Shown here piece after piece: positions 1 through 9,287 of a stretch of 37,997 nt of DNA. The notes beneath the pieces were generated by a model. It was given only the letters and a program-made list of their open reading frames with translations. It did no database searches and was not told the origin of the DNA. The stretch lies in assembly GCA_043753245.1 (NCBI GenBank), contig JAYUXA010000217.1, forward strand, positions 1 through 37,997, given 5' to 3'. The position numbers were made by a program, and so were the translations under genes. This stretch comes from Chitinophagaceae bacterium (GTDB lineage: Bacteria; Bacteroidota; Bacteroidia; Chitinophagales; Chitinophagaceae). The stretch's first letter is position 1, and the number at the start of each line of letters is the position of its first letter.

Positions 1-696
1 AATAATGTGTTGCAGGGAAAAATCAATTTGAAAGACCATCAGGAAGTGATCTTTGCAGTTCCTTTTCCGTTTCTGATCATGTCTAAAAGCATTATTGCAA
101 ACGAAAAGAATTATTATATCGCCGCTCAGAATCTTCATTTCAAAGCTTCGGGTGCCTATACAGGTGAGGTGTCTGCTGAAATGCTAAAGTCTGCTGGCAT
201 AAAATATTGTATTATCGGGCACAGTGAAAGAAGAGAATACTTTCATGAAACCAACGCTGAGCTTGCAGAAAAAGTAGATATAAGCTTCAAATTTGATATT
301 TCCCCCATTTTTTGTTGCGGGGAATCGTTGGTTGTACGGGAAGCCGAAGGACAAAACCATCATGTGGAAGCTCAATTAACGGAATCACTTTTTCATTTGT
401 CCCCGGAAGTATTTGCCAGGCTCATCATTGCCTATGAACCTATCTGGGCAATTGGAACCGGCAAAACAGCTTCTACAGGGCAGGCGCAGGAAATTCAGGC
501 ATTTATCCGTTCTGTGATCGCTAAAAAATATGGTGCCGACCTTGCTGCGAAAATACCGGTGCTCTATGGGGGAAGCGTTAAAGCAAGCAATGCCGCAGAA
601 TTATTTGCCTGCGAAGATGTTGATGGCGGATTAGTAGGTGGAGCGTCCCTGGCCGCTGAAGAATTTATACAGATTATTAAAGCGCTAAAAAAATAA
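1..696 (+). CDS. tpiA: Triosephosphate isomerase, 5'-truncated by the window edge
   Basis: The frame is open from nt 1. The translation carries TIM hallmarks IGHSERR and AYEPIWAIGTGKTAS plus the C-terminal GGASL. About 25 N-terminal residues are missing relative to a typical ~250 aa TIM. Confidence 0.95.
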   Translation, partial: NNVLQGKINLKDHQEVIFAVPFPFLIMSKSIIANEKNYYIAAQNLHFKASGAYTGEVSAEMLKSAGIKYCIIGHSERREYFHETNAELAEKVDISFKFDISPIFCCGESLVVREAEGQNHHVEAQLTESLFHLSPEVFARLIIAYEPIWAIGTGKTASTGQAQEIQAFIRSVIAKKYGADLAAKIPVLYGGSVKASNAAELFACEDVDGGLVGGASLAAEEFIQIIKALKK

Positions 697-728
697 CTGT
701 TAAAATAAAACCCTTATTCTATCAGCAC

Positions 729-1970
729 ATGCTTTGGCGGACATTAGCCGTTATCGCAGCACTTATTCTTAATATTCTTTTTTCCAGGTATTATGCAGCT
801 TCCGGTAGTGGGAACGTATTTTATATCTTTACCATTTTTACACTTATTACACAGGTTGCTGGATTCAGTCTGGAGTCAGGCACAGGATATTATACTGCAA
901 AAGGGGGAGGTAAGGAAAATGCATTGTTCACCCTGTCTTTTGTTTGGAGTGTAGTATCCTCCGGTATTGCTTTAGGATTTCTCCTGTTGATTGGTGCAAC
1001 AACGAATAGCAATACCGATTATCCGTTCAGCTATCCCCTGGCCTATATTCTTGGAAATATGTTGATTTCTTTTGGCAACGCGTTCAGTTATGCCAAATAT
1101 AAATTTGTGTTGCCGGGTTTTCTGGCAGTTGTTGTAAATACCGTTTTAATCCTGGTGCTGGTTGCAATGAACTCGGGGGGGTGGAAAGAACATTTTATAT
1201 CTTTTTATTTTTATTCATTTTTGGTTCATGGCGTATTGCTTTTTGCTCTTATTTCCATCACGCAGAAAATGGTTCCTTCCTTACAAATTTCCAGAGCAGC
1301 CCTCAAAAATATATTCCGGTATTCGTCTTTTGCATTTATAGCCAATTTGCTTTTTCTGCTCATAAGCCGCCTGGATTATTTTTTTGTAAAACAATACTGT
1401 ACGGCAAATGAACTGGGAAACTATATCCAGGTGTCAAGGATCGCGCAGGTCTTTTTTATTATTCCATCAATGATCGCATCTGTTTTATTTCCAGTCATCG
1501 CCGGTGGATTAAGAGGTGCTGTTGCTGATCGGATAAAAACCCTTTCTATTTTGATACTAATTGTGTATGTGGTGCCGCTGGGTATGCTGGCGGTTGCCGG
1601 TAAGTGGATATTTCCCTGGCTATTTGGCGAAAGTTTTGGTCAGATGTACCTTCCTTATCTGTTGCTGATACCCGGAATTCTGGCCATATCCTCCCTATAT
1701 CCCTATACAGCATATTTCTCTGCCCATAACCGGATCGGTGTAAATATTAAAGGTTCTTTGCTGGCATTGGTAGTGATCTTAACCGGCGACCTGATCTTCA
1801 TTCCCAAGTATGGCATTTATGCTGCTGCCCTGGTTAGCAGTGCAGGTTATATGGTATTTCAAGGCTATGTTTTTACCAGCTTTGCAAAGGAGTTCAACAG
1901 TTCATTAAAAAAATTGTTTACTTTAAACCGGAGAGAGATCCTGGACATCATCGCCAGCATTAAAAGATAG
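729..1970 (+). CDS. Polysaccharide/O-antigen flippase-like polytopic membrane protein (Wzx/MOP-superfamily style)
   Basis: The 413 aa product is almost entirely hydrophobic helices (about 12 or more). It lies directly upstream of a methyltransferase and a GT4 glycosyltransferase. No catalytic motif is visible, so the assignment rests on topology and context. Confidence 0.55.
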   Translation: MLWRTLAVIAALILNILFSRYYAASGSGNVFYIFTIFTLITQVAGFSLESGTGYYTAKGGGKENALFTLSFVWSVVSSGIALGFLLLIGATTNSNTDYPFSYPLAYILGNMLISFGNAFSYAKYKFVLPGFLAVVVNTVLILVLVAMNSGGWKEHFISFYFYSFLVHGVLLFALISITQKMVPSLQISRAALKNIFRYSSFAFIANLLFLLISRLDYFFVKQYCTANELGNYIQVSRIAQVFFIIPSMIASVLFPVIAGGLRGAVADRIKTLSILILIVYVVPLGMLAVAGKWIFPWLFGESFGQMYLPYLLLIPGILAISSLYPYTAYFSAHNRIGVNIKGSLLALVVILTGDLIFIPKYGIYAAALVSSAGYMVFQGYVFTSFAKEFNSSLKKLFTLNRREILDIIASIKR

Positions 1971-1972
1971 GC

Positions 1973-2671
1973 ATGGCAGACAACAGATATACGGACGGAA
2001 CATATCTTAAACTGAATCCCAGCTGGGGAAGGGAAGATGCAGCCTATAAAACAGGTTTTATCCTGAAGCTCTTAAACCGAAATGGTATTCAGCCAGAAGA
2101 AGTGATTGAAGTAGGATGTGGCGCCGGTGGAATACTGGAAATACTTGCCAGGGAGAACGCCATTTTTAAATTAAAAGGATATGATATTTCTCCTCAGGCA
2201 ATAGTCCTTGCCAATAAAATAAACTCGGCAAAGATTAATTTTTATGAAGAGGATATCCTGCAAAATGATAATTATCACACTAATCTTTTGCTGGTGATAG
2301 ACGTATTTGAGCATGTAAAGGATTACTATTCCATGCTTGGTCAGCTAAGAAATAAAAGTGACTATTTTATTTTTCATATTCCTCTTGATATTTCATGGCG
2401 AACAATCCTGAAACCTCATGTGCTGCTGCAGCAACGCGAGGGCGTTGGACATATTCATTACTTTAGTAAAGAAATGGCGGAGTGGATGCTGAAGGATTCG
2501 GGATATAGTATTATTGATTGGGAATATTCCGCTTCTCTTTCTGACAGAGGTCTGGACGTTTCATTAAAAGGAAAAATAAAAAAAATACTCCGGAAATTAT
2601 CTTATGCTATTAACAAAAATATCAGCGTTAAACTATGGGGTGGTTATTCAATGATGATCCTCGCTAAATAA
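1973..2671 (+). CDS. Class I SAM-dependent methyltransferase
   Basis: It has a SAM-binding motif I (VIEVGCGAGG), followed by an acidic motif II (GYDIS) and LLLVIDVFEHV. The start is 2 nt after the flippase-like stop. Confidence 0.75.
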   Translation: MADNRYTDGTYLKLNPSWGREDAAYKTGFILKLLNRNGIQPEEVIEVGCGAGGILEILARENAIFKLKGYDISPQAIVLANKINSAKINFYEEDILQNDNYHTNLLLVIDVFEHVKDYYSMLGQLRNKSDYFIFHIPLDISWRTILKPHVLLQQREGVGHIHYFSKEMAEWMLKDSGYSIIDWEYSASLSDRGLDVSLKGKIKKILRKLSYAINKNISVKLWGGYSMMILAK

Positions 2672-2677
2672 TTCTTC

Positions 2678-3838
2678 ATGAGAAATATCCTTTGGTTGGC
2701 AAGCTGGTATCCCCACAATCAGCAACCGCTATCGGGTGATTTTATTGAAAGGCATGCAAAATCCGCCTCTGCTTATAATAAAATAACGGTATTGTGTAGT
2801 ATTAAGACAAACCAGCACGAAAAAAGTTTTACAGATAAAATTCAGTATAATGAAAATTGCTCCGCATTTATTTTTTATTATAAACCAATAAGTCGAATAC
2901 CGGTCATCGGATCAATTATTGCTCCGATCCGATACTTTCTTTTTATGGTAAGGATGATTGGGGAGTATATTCAAAATAATGGAAAGCCCGATCTGATTCA
3001 TGTTCAGGTGTGCTGGAGAGCAGGCTTACTGGCTGTATACTGTAAATGGAAGTACCGGCTTAAGTACGTGATTACCGAACATTGGTCTGCATTTATGCCT
3101 GATGCAAAACCAGCCTATGAAAAAATGGGTGTATTCCAAAGGCAACTGACGAAGCTGATCTATCGGCATGCGTCCGGATGCAGCGCCGTCAGCGAGGCGC
3201 TTGCTGCGGTATTGGCTCATCGTTTTAGTATTCCTATACCCATTGTCATTCCCAACGTAGTAGATACGGGTTTATTTTTCCCATCCGCGAAAAAAAGGAA
3301 TACTTTCCGGTTTATTCATATTTCTGACCTTAACTACCAAAAAAATCCTGAACAGTTATTCGAAGCTATTGGCCTCCTGAAAAAAAGCAGTACACAGCCG
3401 TTCGAATTTATTTTATTTGTTCCGGAGGAAGAGCAGGTAAAGCTTCTTTCGGAAAAATACCAGGTGCAGGACCGGGTCTTTTTTAAAAAACAGCAACCTC
3501 AGGCCTTGCTGGCTCCGGAATTGGCGTTGAGTGATGCATTGGTCCTTTATTCCCGGTTCGAAACATTTGGTTGTGTAATTATTGAAGCACTGGCATCGGG
3601 TGTGCCGGTAATTGTTAGTGATATACCTGTACTCCGTGAGATCGTTGTTGAAAATGACACCGGATATTTTGTGCCGCCAAACAATCCTGTGGCCTTATCT
3701 GCGTGTATGAAAAAGATGATGCAACAGCACAGCTCTTTTCAGTCTGCGCAACTGTCCGACCGCGCGATGCGTTTATACAGTTTTGAAAGAATTGGTAAAA
3801 TGTTTGATAATTGGTACGCCCGTCAGGATGTTTTCTGA
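2678..3838 (+). CDS. Glycosyltransferase family 4 (GT-B fold)
   Basis: The C-terminal E-x7-E region ETFGCVIIEALASGVPVIVSD is typical of GT4/Glycos_transf_1. The N-terminus ILWLASWYPH is typical of GT4 N-domains. Confidence 0.8.
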   Translation: MRNILWLASWYPHNQQPLSGDFIERHAKSASAYNKITVLCSIKTNQHEKSFTDKIQYNENCSAFIFYYKPISRIPVIGSIIAPIRYFLFMVRMIGEYIQNNGKPDLIHVQVCWRAGLLAVYCKWKYRLKYVITEHWSAFMPDAKPAYEKMGVFQRQLTKLIYRHASGCSAVSEALAAVLAHRFSIPIPIVIPNVVDTGLFFPSAKKRNTFRFIHISDLNYQKNPEQLFEAIGLLKKSSTQPFEFILFVPEEEQVKLLSEKYQVQDRVFFKKQQPQALLAPELALSDALVLYSRFETFGCVIIEALASGVPVIVSDIPVLREIVVENDTGYFVPPNNPVALSACMKKMMQQHSSFQSAQLSDRAMRLYSFERIGKMFDNWYARQDVF

Positions 3839-4806
3839 TCCCATACCAGTGCGCTTGCTCCCAGAATAGCGGCATCTGCTTCTTTCAGATGGCTCACCAG
3901 TATTTTCACCTTATTCTGAAATACCTGAATCAGATTAGCCTCCATGTGCTCTCTGGTAGGTTTCAAAAGAAGATCTCCGGCCTTGGTAAGCCCACCGAAA
4001 AGAATGATGGCTTCCGGACTGGAGAACATTACAAAGTTGGCCAGGGAGAGACCCAGGATCTGGCCTGTAAAATCAAATATTTCTTTGGCAAGTTTGTCTC
4101 CGGCTTTTGCTGCTTCGAATACTTTTTTAGAATCTATAGTTTCCAGCGGTACTTTTTGCAACAGGCTGGGTTCCGTAGTTTTTGCCAGCATTTCAATAGC
4201 GGTCAGACGAACGCCGGTTGCTGAAGCATAACTTTCCAGCGATCCGTGTTTGCCGGTACCTTCATGAAGTCTTCCGTTTGGTATTATGATCGTGTGGCCC
4301 AGTTCTCCGGCAAAACCGTCGTGCCCGTAGATCAACATGCCATTGGCCACGATACCACTGCCCACTCCTGTGCCCAGGGTGATCATAATAAAGTCTTTCA
4401 TTCCTTTAGCCGCTCCGTACATCATTTCTCCTATAGCGGCAGCATTTGCATCGTTGGTAAGGGTAACAGGAAGCTTAAATTTATTCTCCATCAGCTTGGC
4501 AAACGGAATGATGCCTTTCCAGGGCAGGTTCGGTGCGTATTCTACTGTGCCGGTGTAAAAATTTCCATTCGGAACGCCTACTCCAATACCTCTTATCCGT
4601 CCGGGACCACCGGCGGTTTCAATCATGGTGTAGAGGTTCGAGTGCAATTCTTCAATAAAATCTTCCACTTCTGAATGAGTACGGGAAGATATTTCACTGG
4701 AAAATAAAATATTACCGTTTCGGTCAACGATGCCAAACTTGGTTCCGGTGCCTCCGATATCTATTCCGACTGCTAACTGTTGTAACGATGTTGCTGATGT
4801 AGCCAT
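3823..4806 (-). CDS. ROK-family sugar kinase (glucokinase-like)
   Basis: It has an ATPase phosphate-1 motif (GIDIGGTGTKFGIV), NDANAAAIGE, LGTGVGSGIV, and a ROK-like His/Gly segment (YGHDGFAGELGH). I prefer the ATG at 4806 (MATSATS...) because the longer ORF start at 4854 would overlap the upstream MFS gene by 35 nt. Confidence 0.8.
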   Translation of the reverse strand: MATSATSLQQLAVGIDIGGTGTKFGIVDRNGNILFSSEISSRTHSEVEDFIEELHSNLYTMIETAGGPGRIRGIGVGVPNGNFYTGTVEYAPNLPWKGIIPFAKLMENKFKLPVTLTNDANAAAIGEMMYGAAKGMKDFIMITLGTGVGSGIVANGMLIYGHDGFAGELGHTIIIPNGRLHEGTGKHGSLESYASATGVRLTAIEMLAKTTEPSLLQKVPLETIDSKKVFEAAKAGDKLAKEIFDFTGQILGLSLANFVMFSSPEAIILFGGLTKAGDLLLKPTREHMEANLIQVFQNKVKILVSHLKEADAAILGASALVWDQKTS

Positions 4807-4819
4807 TGGTATTCTTAAC

Positions 4820-6457
4820 TTAATGTCCTCCACTAATTTGCCGGTCAAAATCAATTCCCTGTGACTGAAGAACCTTTTTTGATTTCAGCGCATGAAACGC
4901 AAGATATGCAAAACAAATTGCAGGTACGATATAGGAAAAATGAGTGTAAGGTGTATTCAATATTCCTTCTGGATGAGTTCTGTCCAGGTCACAGACCGCA
5001 CCCTGCAGCGGAGGTATAATGGCTCCTCCAAGAATCATCATGATCAGGAACGCGGAACCCTGACTGGTATATTTTCCGATCCCTGCAACAGCAAGGGAGA
5101 AGATACAGGGCCACATCACCGAGGTGAACAATCCACCGCTAATGAAAGCAAAACGGGCAATATTGCCTTCGGTAAACAGTCCGATCACCATGGCGATGGT
5201 AGCCATTACAGAAACCGTCAGCAACATGGTTACCGGTTTTTCATTGGCATAAATCAATGCCGCAATCAGGAACACGATACAAATACCATACGCATACAGG
5301 TTTCCAACTTCACTGCCCCGGAGTACATTAACAACGAGGATCAACGCAAAAGCTACAAATGGAATGATACCCGTAAGCAATCTTTTAGTCTGTTTGGAAA
5401 GATTCAACAGAGAGATAGAAGCGGTAAGCCTGCCAATCATCATACTGCCCCAGAATAATGAAATGTATTGGGAGATGTATTTCTCACTTAACCCACCAAA
5501 GGCAGGAAGTTTTAACAATGCACCCATATTACTTTGAATAGTCACTTCCACTCCCACGTAAATGAACAGTCCGATCATGCCAAGGGTAAGCTGTGGATAT
5601 TGCATTGCGCCCCAGCCGGTCTTATCGCGTTTCGAAGAGACCAGGGCATAGCAAAGCACACCCAGTGTAACAACCAGGGTAAGTATGACAAGATATCCTT
5701 TGGCATTTTCACCAAAATGCTGAACTACCCATTTATTCATAAAGATCAGAACGAATGTAGGGATGCCGATGATAACAAGGGATAGAAGTGCTTTAGGGCT
5801 TTTTTCAATTTTTTCATTGCTGGTTACCCGGGGTAATTTTGACACCGCAAAAAACACAGCCACGAAGGTGAACAACCCGGCCAGAATTAAATAAAGTGTT
5901 TTAATATTTCCAAGTGTCGCAAGTTTATTATCGTCTTTTAACCCGCCGAATAAAACGATGCTGACCACCAGGGGTCCGAGCAATGTTCCGATAGAATTAA
6001 TACCTCCTGCAAGATTGAGACGGTGTGCTCCGGTCGATTCAGACCCCATAGCAATAGCGAAAGGTTGTGCCGCAGTCTGCTGAAGGGAAAACCCGAGAGC
6101 AATCGTGAAGAAGGCGATCAGCACCTGCGTAAATGTAGCCGTTTCCGAAGTGGAAATAAAGGCCATACCGAGTGCACCCAGCACCGAGATCAGCAAGCCG
6201 TAAATAATCCCGTTTTTATACCCTATTTTATTCAGAATATCTATTCCGCTCACGGAGGATAAAATATAAAGAATCAGTGACCCGAAAAAATATGCGCCGT
6301 AATAGGCGGCGTCAACCAGCTGTGATTCGAACTGGTCCAGATGAAAATGGGTTTTACAAAAAGGGATAAAAATACCGTTGGATGCAGCAACGAATCCCCA
6401 GAAAAAAAATACAGTAATAAGAGTGCCGAACTGAGACCATTTCGTCTGCTGCTCCAT
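4820..6457 (-). CDS. Sugar MFS transporter, FHS (fucose/glucose/galactose:H+ symporter) style, unusually long
   Basis: The 545 aa polytopic protein has a C-half resembling glucose/galactose transporters (LFIYVGVEV, SLFWGSMMIGR, GGLFTSVMWPCIFSLA, GGAIIPPLQG). It sits immediately upstream of the ROK kinase on the same strand. Confidence 0.7.
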   Translation of the reverse strand: MEQQTKWSQFGTLITVFFFWGFVAASNGIFIPFCKTHFHLDQFESQLVDAAYYGAYFFGSLILYILSSVSGIDILNKIGYKNGIIYGLLISVLGALGMAFISTSETATFTQVLIAFFTIALGFSLQQTAAQPFAIAMGSESTGAHRLNLAGGINSIGTLLGPLVVSIVLFGGLKDDNKLATLGNIKTLYLILAGLFTFVAVFFAVSKLPRVTSNEKIEKSPKALLSLVIIGIPTFVLIFMNKWVVQHFGENAKGYLVILTLVVTLGVLCYALVSSKRDKTGWGAMQYPQLTLGMIGLFIYVGVEVTIQSNMGALLKLPAFGGLSEKYISQYISLFWGSMMIGRLTASISLLNLSKQTKRLLTGIIPFVAFALILVVNVLRGSEVGNLYAYGICIVFLIAALIYANEKPVTMLLTVSVMATIAMVIGLFTEGNIARFAFISGGLFTSVMWPCIFSLAVAGIGKYTSQGSAFLIMMILGGAIIPPLQGAVCDLDRTHPEGILNTPYTHFSYIVPAICFAYLAFHALKSKKVLQSQGIDFDRQISGGH

Positions 6458-6567
6458 AAGGCTGGCAATTTTGATTTAATGATGAATGTAGGAAACAATC
6501 CCGAGGCTAAAAATTTTTAATTGATGCTGAAAGTTTCTAAATCCTTCCTAAATTGAAACGTATAACT

Positions 6568-7986
6568 ATGGAGATTTTACATGTCAGTGCAGAATGTTAT
6601 CCCGTTGCGAAAGCCGGTGGCCTGGGGGATGTAGTGGGTGCTTTACCTATCTACCTGACCCGTGCAGGCCATAGCGCAAAAGTGGTAATGCCTATGTACA
6701 GAACAACGTTTTTGTACGGTCATCAGTGGGATGTGGTGCATAAAGGATTTACCAATCTGGGCAGCAGATGGTTTGAATTTACCGTAATAAGGGAATCTTC
6801 CAATGAACTTGGATTTGATCTGTACTTAATAGACATCAATGGCCTGCTCGACCGGGAAAAGATCTATGGTTATGAGGACGATACAGAACGGTTCACCGCT
6901 TTTCAAATTGCAGTGCTCGATTGGGTGACTGCCTGGGAACGGCATCCCGATATAATTCATGTACACGATCATCATACTGCCCTGATTCCTTTTATGACCG
7001 GTAATTGCCATAAATATACACCGCTCCGCAAGATCCCGATCGTGCTTACCATTCACAATGCCGAGTACCAGGGTTGGATGGGATGGGATAAAAGCACTTA
7101 CCTTCCGCCCTGGGAAATGTGGAACTGGGGAAAGCTGGATTGGAATAACATGATCAATCCCCTGGCCAGTGGCATCAAATGTGCATCAGCAGTAACTACG
7201 GTCAGTCCCAATTACCTCAATGAGCTAAAATACAGCAGCAACGGCCTGGAATCTTTGTTCGAATTTGAAAAAGGGAAATGTGTAGGTATATTAAACGGGA
7301 TCGACAGTAAAGTATGGGACCCTCAAACGGATAGTTACCTGACCGATCACTATGGCGTACCGGATGCACTTGAAGGAAAGGCGAAAAATAAAATACTTTT
7401 GTGTGAACGGTTTAACTTGGATTTTCAAAAACCGCTTGTTTCTTTTATTGGCCGTCTTGTAGGGGAGAAGGGAGCAGATCTTTTGCCGGCGGTCATATCG
7501 CAGTCATTCCGTTATATCGGAAAAAGAATGAACTTTTTGGTGCTGGGAAGCGGAAATAAAGAGGTGGAACAGCAGCTGCTCCATTTCTCGGGGCAATATG
7601 CAGGAGATTACAGTGCATATATAGGATACAATGAAACACTCAGCCACCAGATCTATGCCGGCTCAGATTTTTTACTGATGCCTTCCAGGGTAGAACCCTG
7701 TGGCCTTAACCAGTTGTATGCTATGCGTTATGGAACTGTTCCTGTAGTTAGAAGTACCGGAGGATTAAAAGATACGGTGATCGATTTTGAAGATATCAAT
7801 GGTTACGGAATCTGTTTCGACTATACGGAAACAGGAGATATCTGCCATGGGATCTGGAGAGCTGTTGAATTATACAGGGATAAGAAAAGACTGAACAGCA
7901 TCAGAGAACAAGTGATGGAGTTGGATTTCGACTGGCAAACAAGTACAGAAAAATATATTCAGGTATACGAACAATTAATAATCTAA
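6568..7986 (+). CDS. glgA: Glycogen synthase (GT5, ADP-glucose type)
   Basis: The N-terminus MEILHVSAECYPVAKAGGLGDVVGALP contains the canonical K-x-G-G-L motif. The C-terminal SRVEPCGLNQLYAMRYGTVPVVRSTGGLKDTV is also present. The ATG at 6568 is preferred over the TTG at 6553. Confidence 0.92.
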   Translation: MEILHVSAECYPVAKAGGLGDVVGALPIYLTRAGHSAKVVMPMYRTTFLYGHQWDVVHKGFTNLGSRWFEFTVIRESSNELGFDLYLIDINGLLDREKIYGYEDDTERFTAFQIAVLDWVTAWERHPDIIHVHDHHTALIPFMTGNCHKYTPLRKIPIVLTIHNAEYQGWMGWDKSTYLPPWEMWNWGKLDWNNMINPLASGIKCASAVTTVSPNYLNELKYSSNGLESLFEFEKGKCVGILNGIDSKVWDPQTDSYLTDHYGVPDALEGKAKNKILLCERFNLDFQKPLVSFIGRLVGEKGADLLPAVISQSFRYIGKRMNFLVLGSGNKEVEQQLLHFSGQYAGDYSAYIGYNETLSHQIYAGSDFLLMPSRVEPCGLNQLYAMRYGTVPVVRSTGGLKDTVIDFEDINGYGICFDYTETGDICHGIWRAVELYRDKKRLNSIREQVMELDFDWQTSTEKYIQVYEQLII

Positions 7987-8004
7987 TCATTAAACGGATT
8001 GTCT

Positions 8005-9282
8005 ATGTCAAATTCTATTTTAGCGGTCATATTGGGAGGAGGAGCGGGTACCAGATTGTATCCGTTAACCGCAAGCCGTTCCAAGCCAGCAGTGCCAATA
8101 GCAGGGAAATACAGATTGGTGGATATTCCTATTTCCAACTGTCTGAATTCGGGTATCAGCAGAATGTTTGTGCTTACCCAATTTAATTCAGCTTCTCTGA
8201 ACAGGCATATTAAGAACACCTATCATTTTAGTGCCTTCAGTTCTGCTTTTGTGGATATTCTTGCAGCTGAACAGACCCCTGATAATCCTGCCTGGTATCA
8301 GGGAACAGCTGATGCTGTACGGCAGAGCTTAAGACATATAAAAACATTTCCCAGTGAATATGTCCTTATTTTATCCGGCGATCAGTTGTACCAGATGGAT
8401 TTTATGGCCATGGTAAAGAACCATGTTGATAGTGGTGCAGACATTTCGATAGCGACTATTCCGGTAGTGGAGCGCGAAGCTCCGGATTTTGGCATATTAA
8501 AGAAAAATGAAGATGGATTTATTACGTCATTTATTGAAAAACCGAAAGGCGAGGAATTGCTGAATGCGTGGAAAAGTGATACCGGACCCGAAATGCAGCA
8601 CGCCGGCAAACACTGGCTGGCCTCTATGGGCATCTATATTTTCAACAGGCAACTGATGTTCGATTTGTTGGAAAATGAATTTAAGGACGGTACTGACTTC
8701 GGTAAAGAAATTATTCCGCAGTCACTTTCAAAATATAAGGTAGCCAGTTTTCAATACGACGGATACTGGACGGACATCGGAAATATTTATTCCTTCTACG
8801 AAGCCAATCTGGGCTTAACAAAAGAAGTCCCTGATTTTAACCTGTTCGATAATACCAGGACCATTTATACCCGTGCACGCATGCTTCCTCCTGCAAAAGT
8901 GAGCGGTACCACACTGGAAAAAGCACTGATTGCGGAGGGTTGCATCATCAATGCAGCGAGGATAGAAAATAGTGTGATCGGTATCCGGTCCCGTATAGGG
9001 TACGGATCTACCATCATAAGCTCCTACCTGATGGGTAATGATTATTTTGAGACCATTGAAGAAATTGACGACGCACACCATCATGGCATTCCGAATGTGG
9101 GCATCGGTAACCGGTGTTTTATAAAAAATGCACTGGTGGATAAGAACAGCCGTATTGGGGATGACGTGCAGATCAATGGTGGTCCGCATCTGGAAAATAC
9201 AGACCATCCACTGTATACGGTCAAAGAAGGTATTGTAGTGATTAAAAAAGGTGCCATCGTACCTAATGGCTTCGTTATATAA
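8005..9282 (+). CDS. glgC: Glucose-1-phosphate adenylyltransferase
   Basis: It has ILGGGAGTRLYPLT, KPAVPIAGKYRLVDIPISNC, QGTADAV and a C-terminal left-handed beta-helix-like region. The ATG at 8005 is preferred; a TTG at 7999 is also possible. Confidence 0.92.
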   Translation: MSNSILAVILGGGAGTRLYPLTASRSKPAVPIAGKYRLVDIPISNCLNSGISRMFVLTQFNSASLNRHIKNTYHFSAFSSAFVDILAAEQTPDNPAWYQGTADAVRQSLRHIKTFPSEYVLILSGDQLYQMDFMAMVKNHVDSGADISIATIPVVEREAPDFGILKKNEDGFITSFIEKPKGEELLNAWKSDTGPEMQHAGKHWLASMGIYIFNRQLMFDLLENEFKDGTDFGKEIIPQSLSKYKVASFQYDGYWTDIGNIYSFYEANLGLTKEVPDFNLFDNTRTIYTRARMLPPAKVSGTTLEKALIAEGCIINAARIENSVIGIRSRIGYGSTIISSYLMGNDYFETIEEIDDAHHHGIPNVGIGNRCFIKNALVDKNSRIGDDVQINGGPHLENTDHPLYTVKEGIVVIKKGAIVPNGFVI

Positions 9283-9287
9283 ATTAT

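Noticed and set aside
3811-4674. Several plus-strand ORFs (137, 95, 142 and 73 aa) opposite the ROK kinase, and the 188-aa ORF at 4892-5458 opposite the MFS transporter.
   Set aside because: All are shadow ORFs of genes with strong family motifs, and none has recognisable features.
4807-4854. N-terminal extensions offered by the ORF track: ROK to 4854, the arginase-family gene to 31143, argS to 19036, NUDIX from 25413, glgA from 6553, gtrA-like from 19149 and fbp from 23125.
   Set aside because: The extensions overlap upstream genes or use TTG upstream of a well-placed ATG. They also add residues absent from the typical family N-termini.
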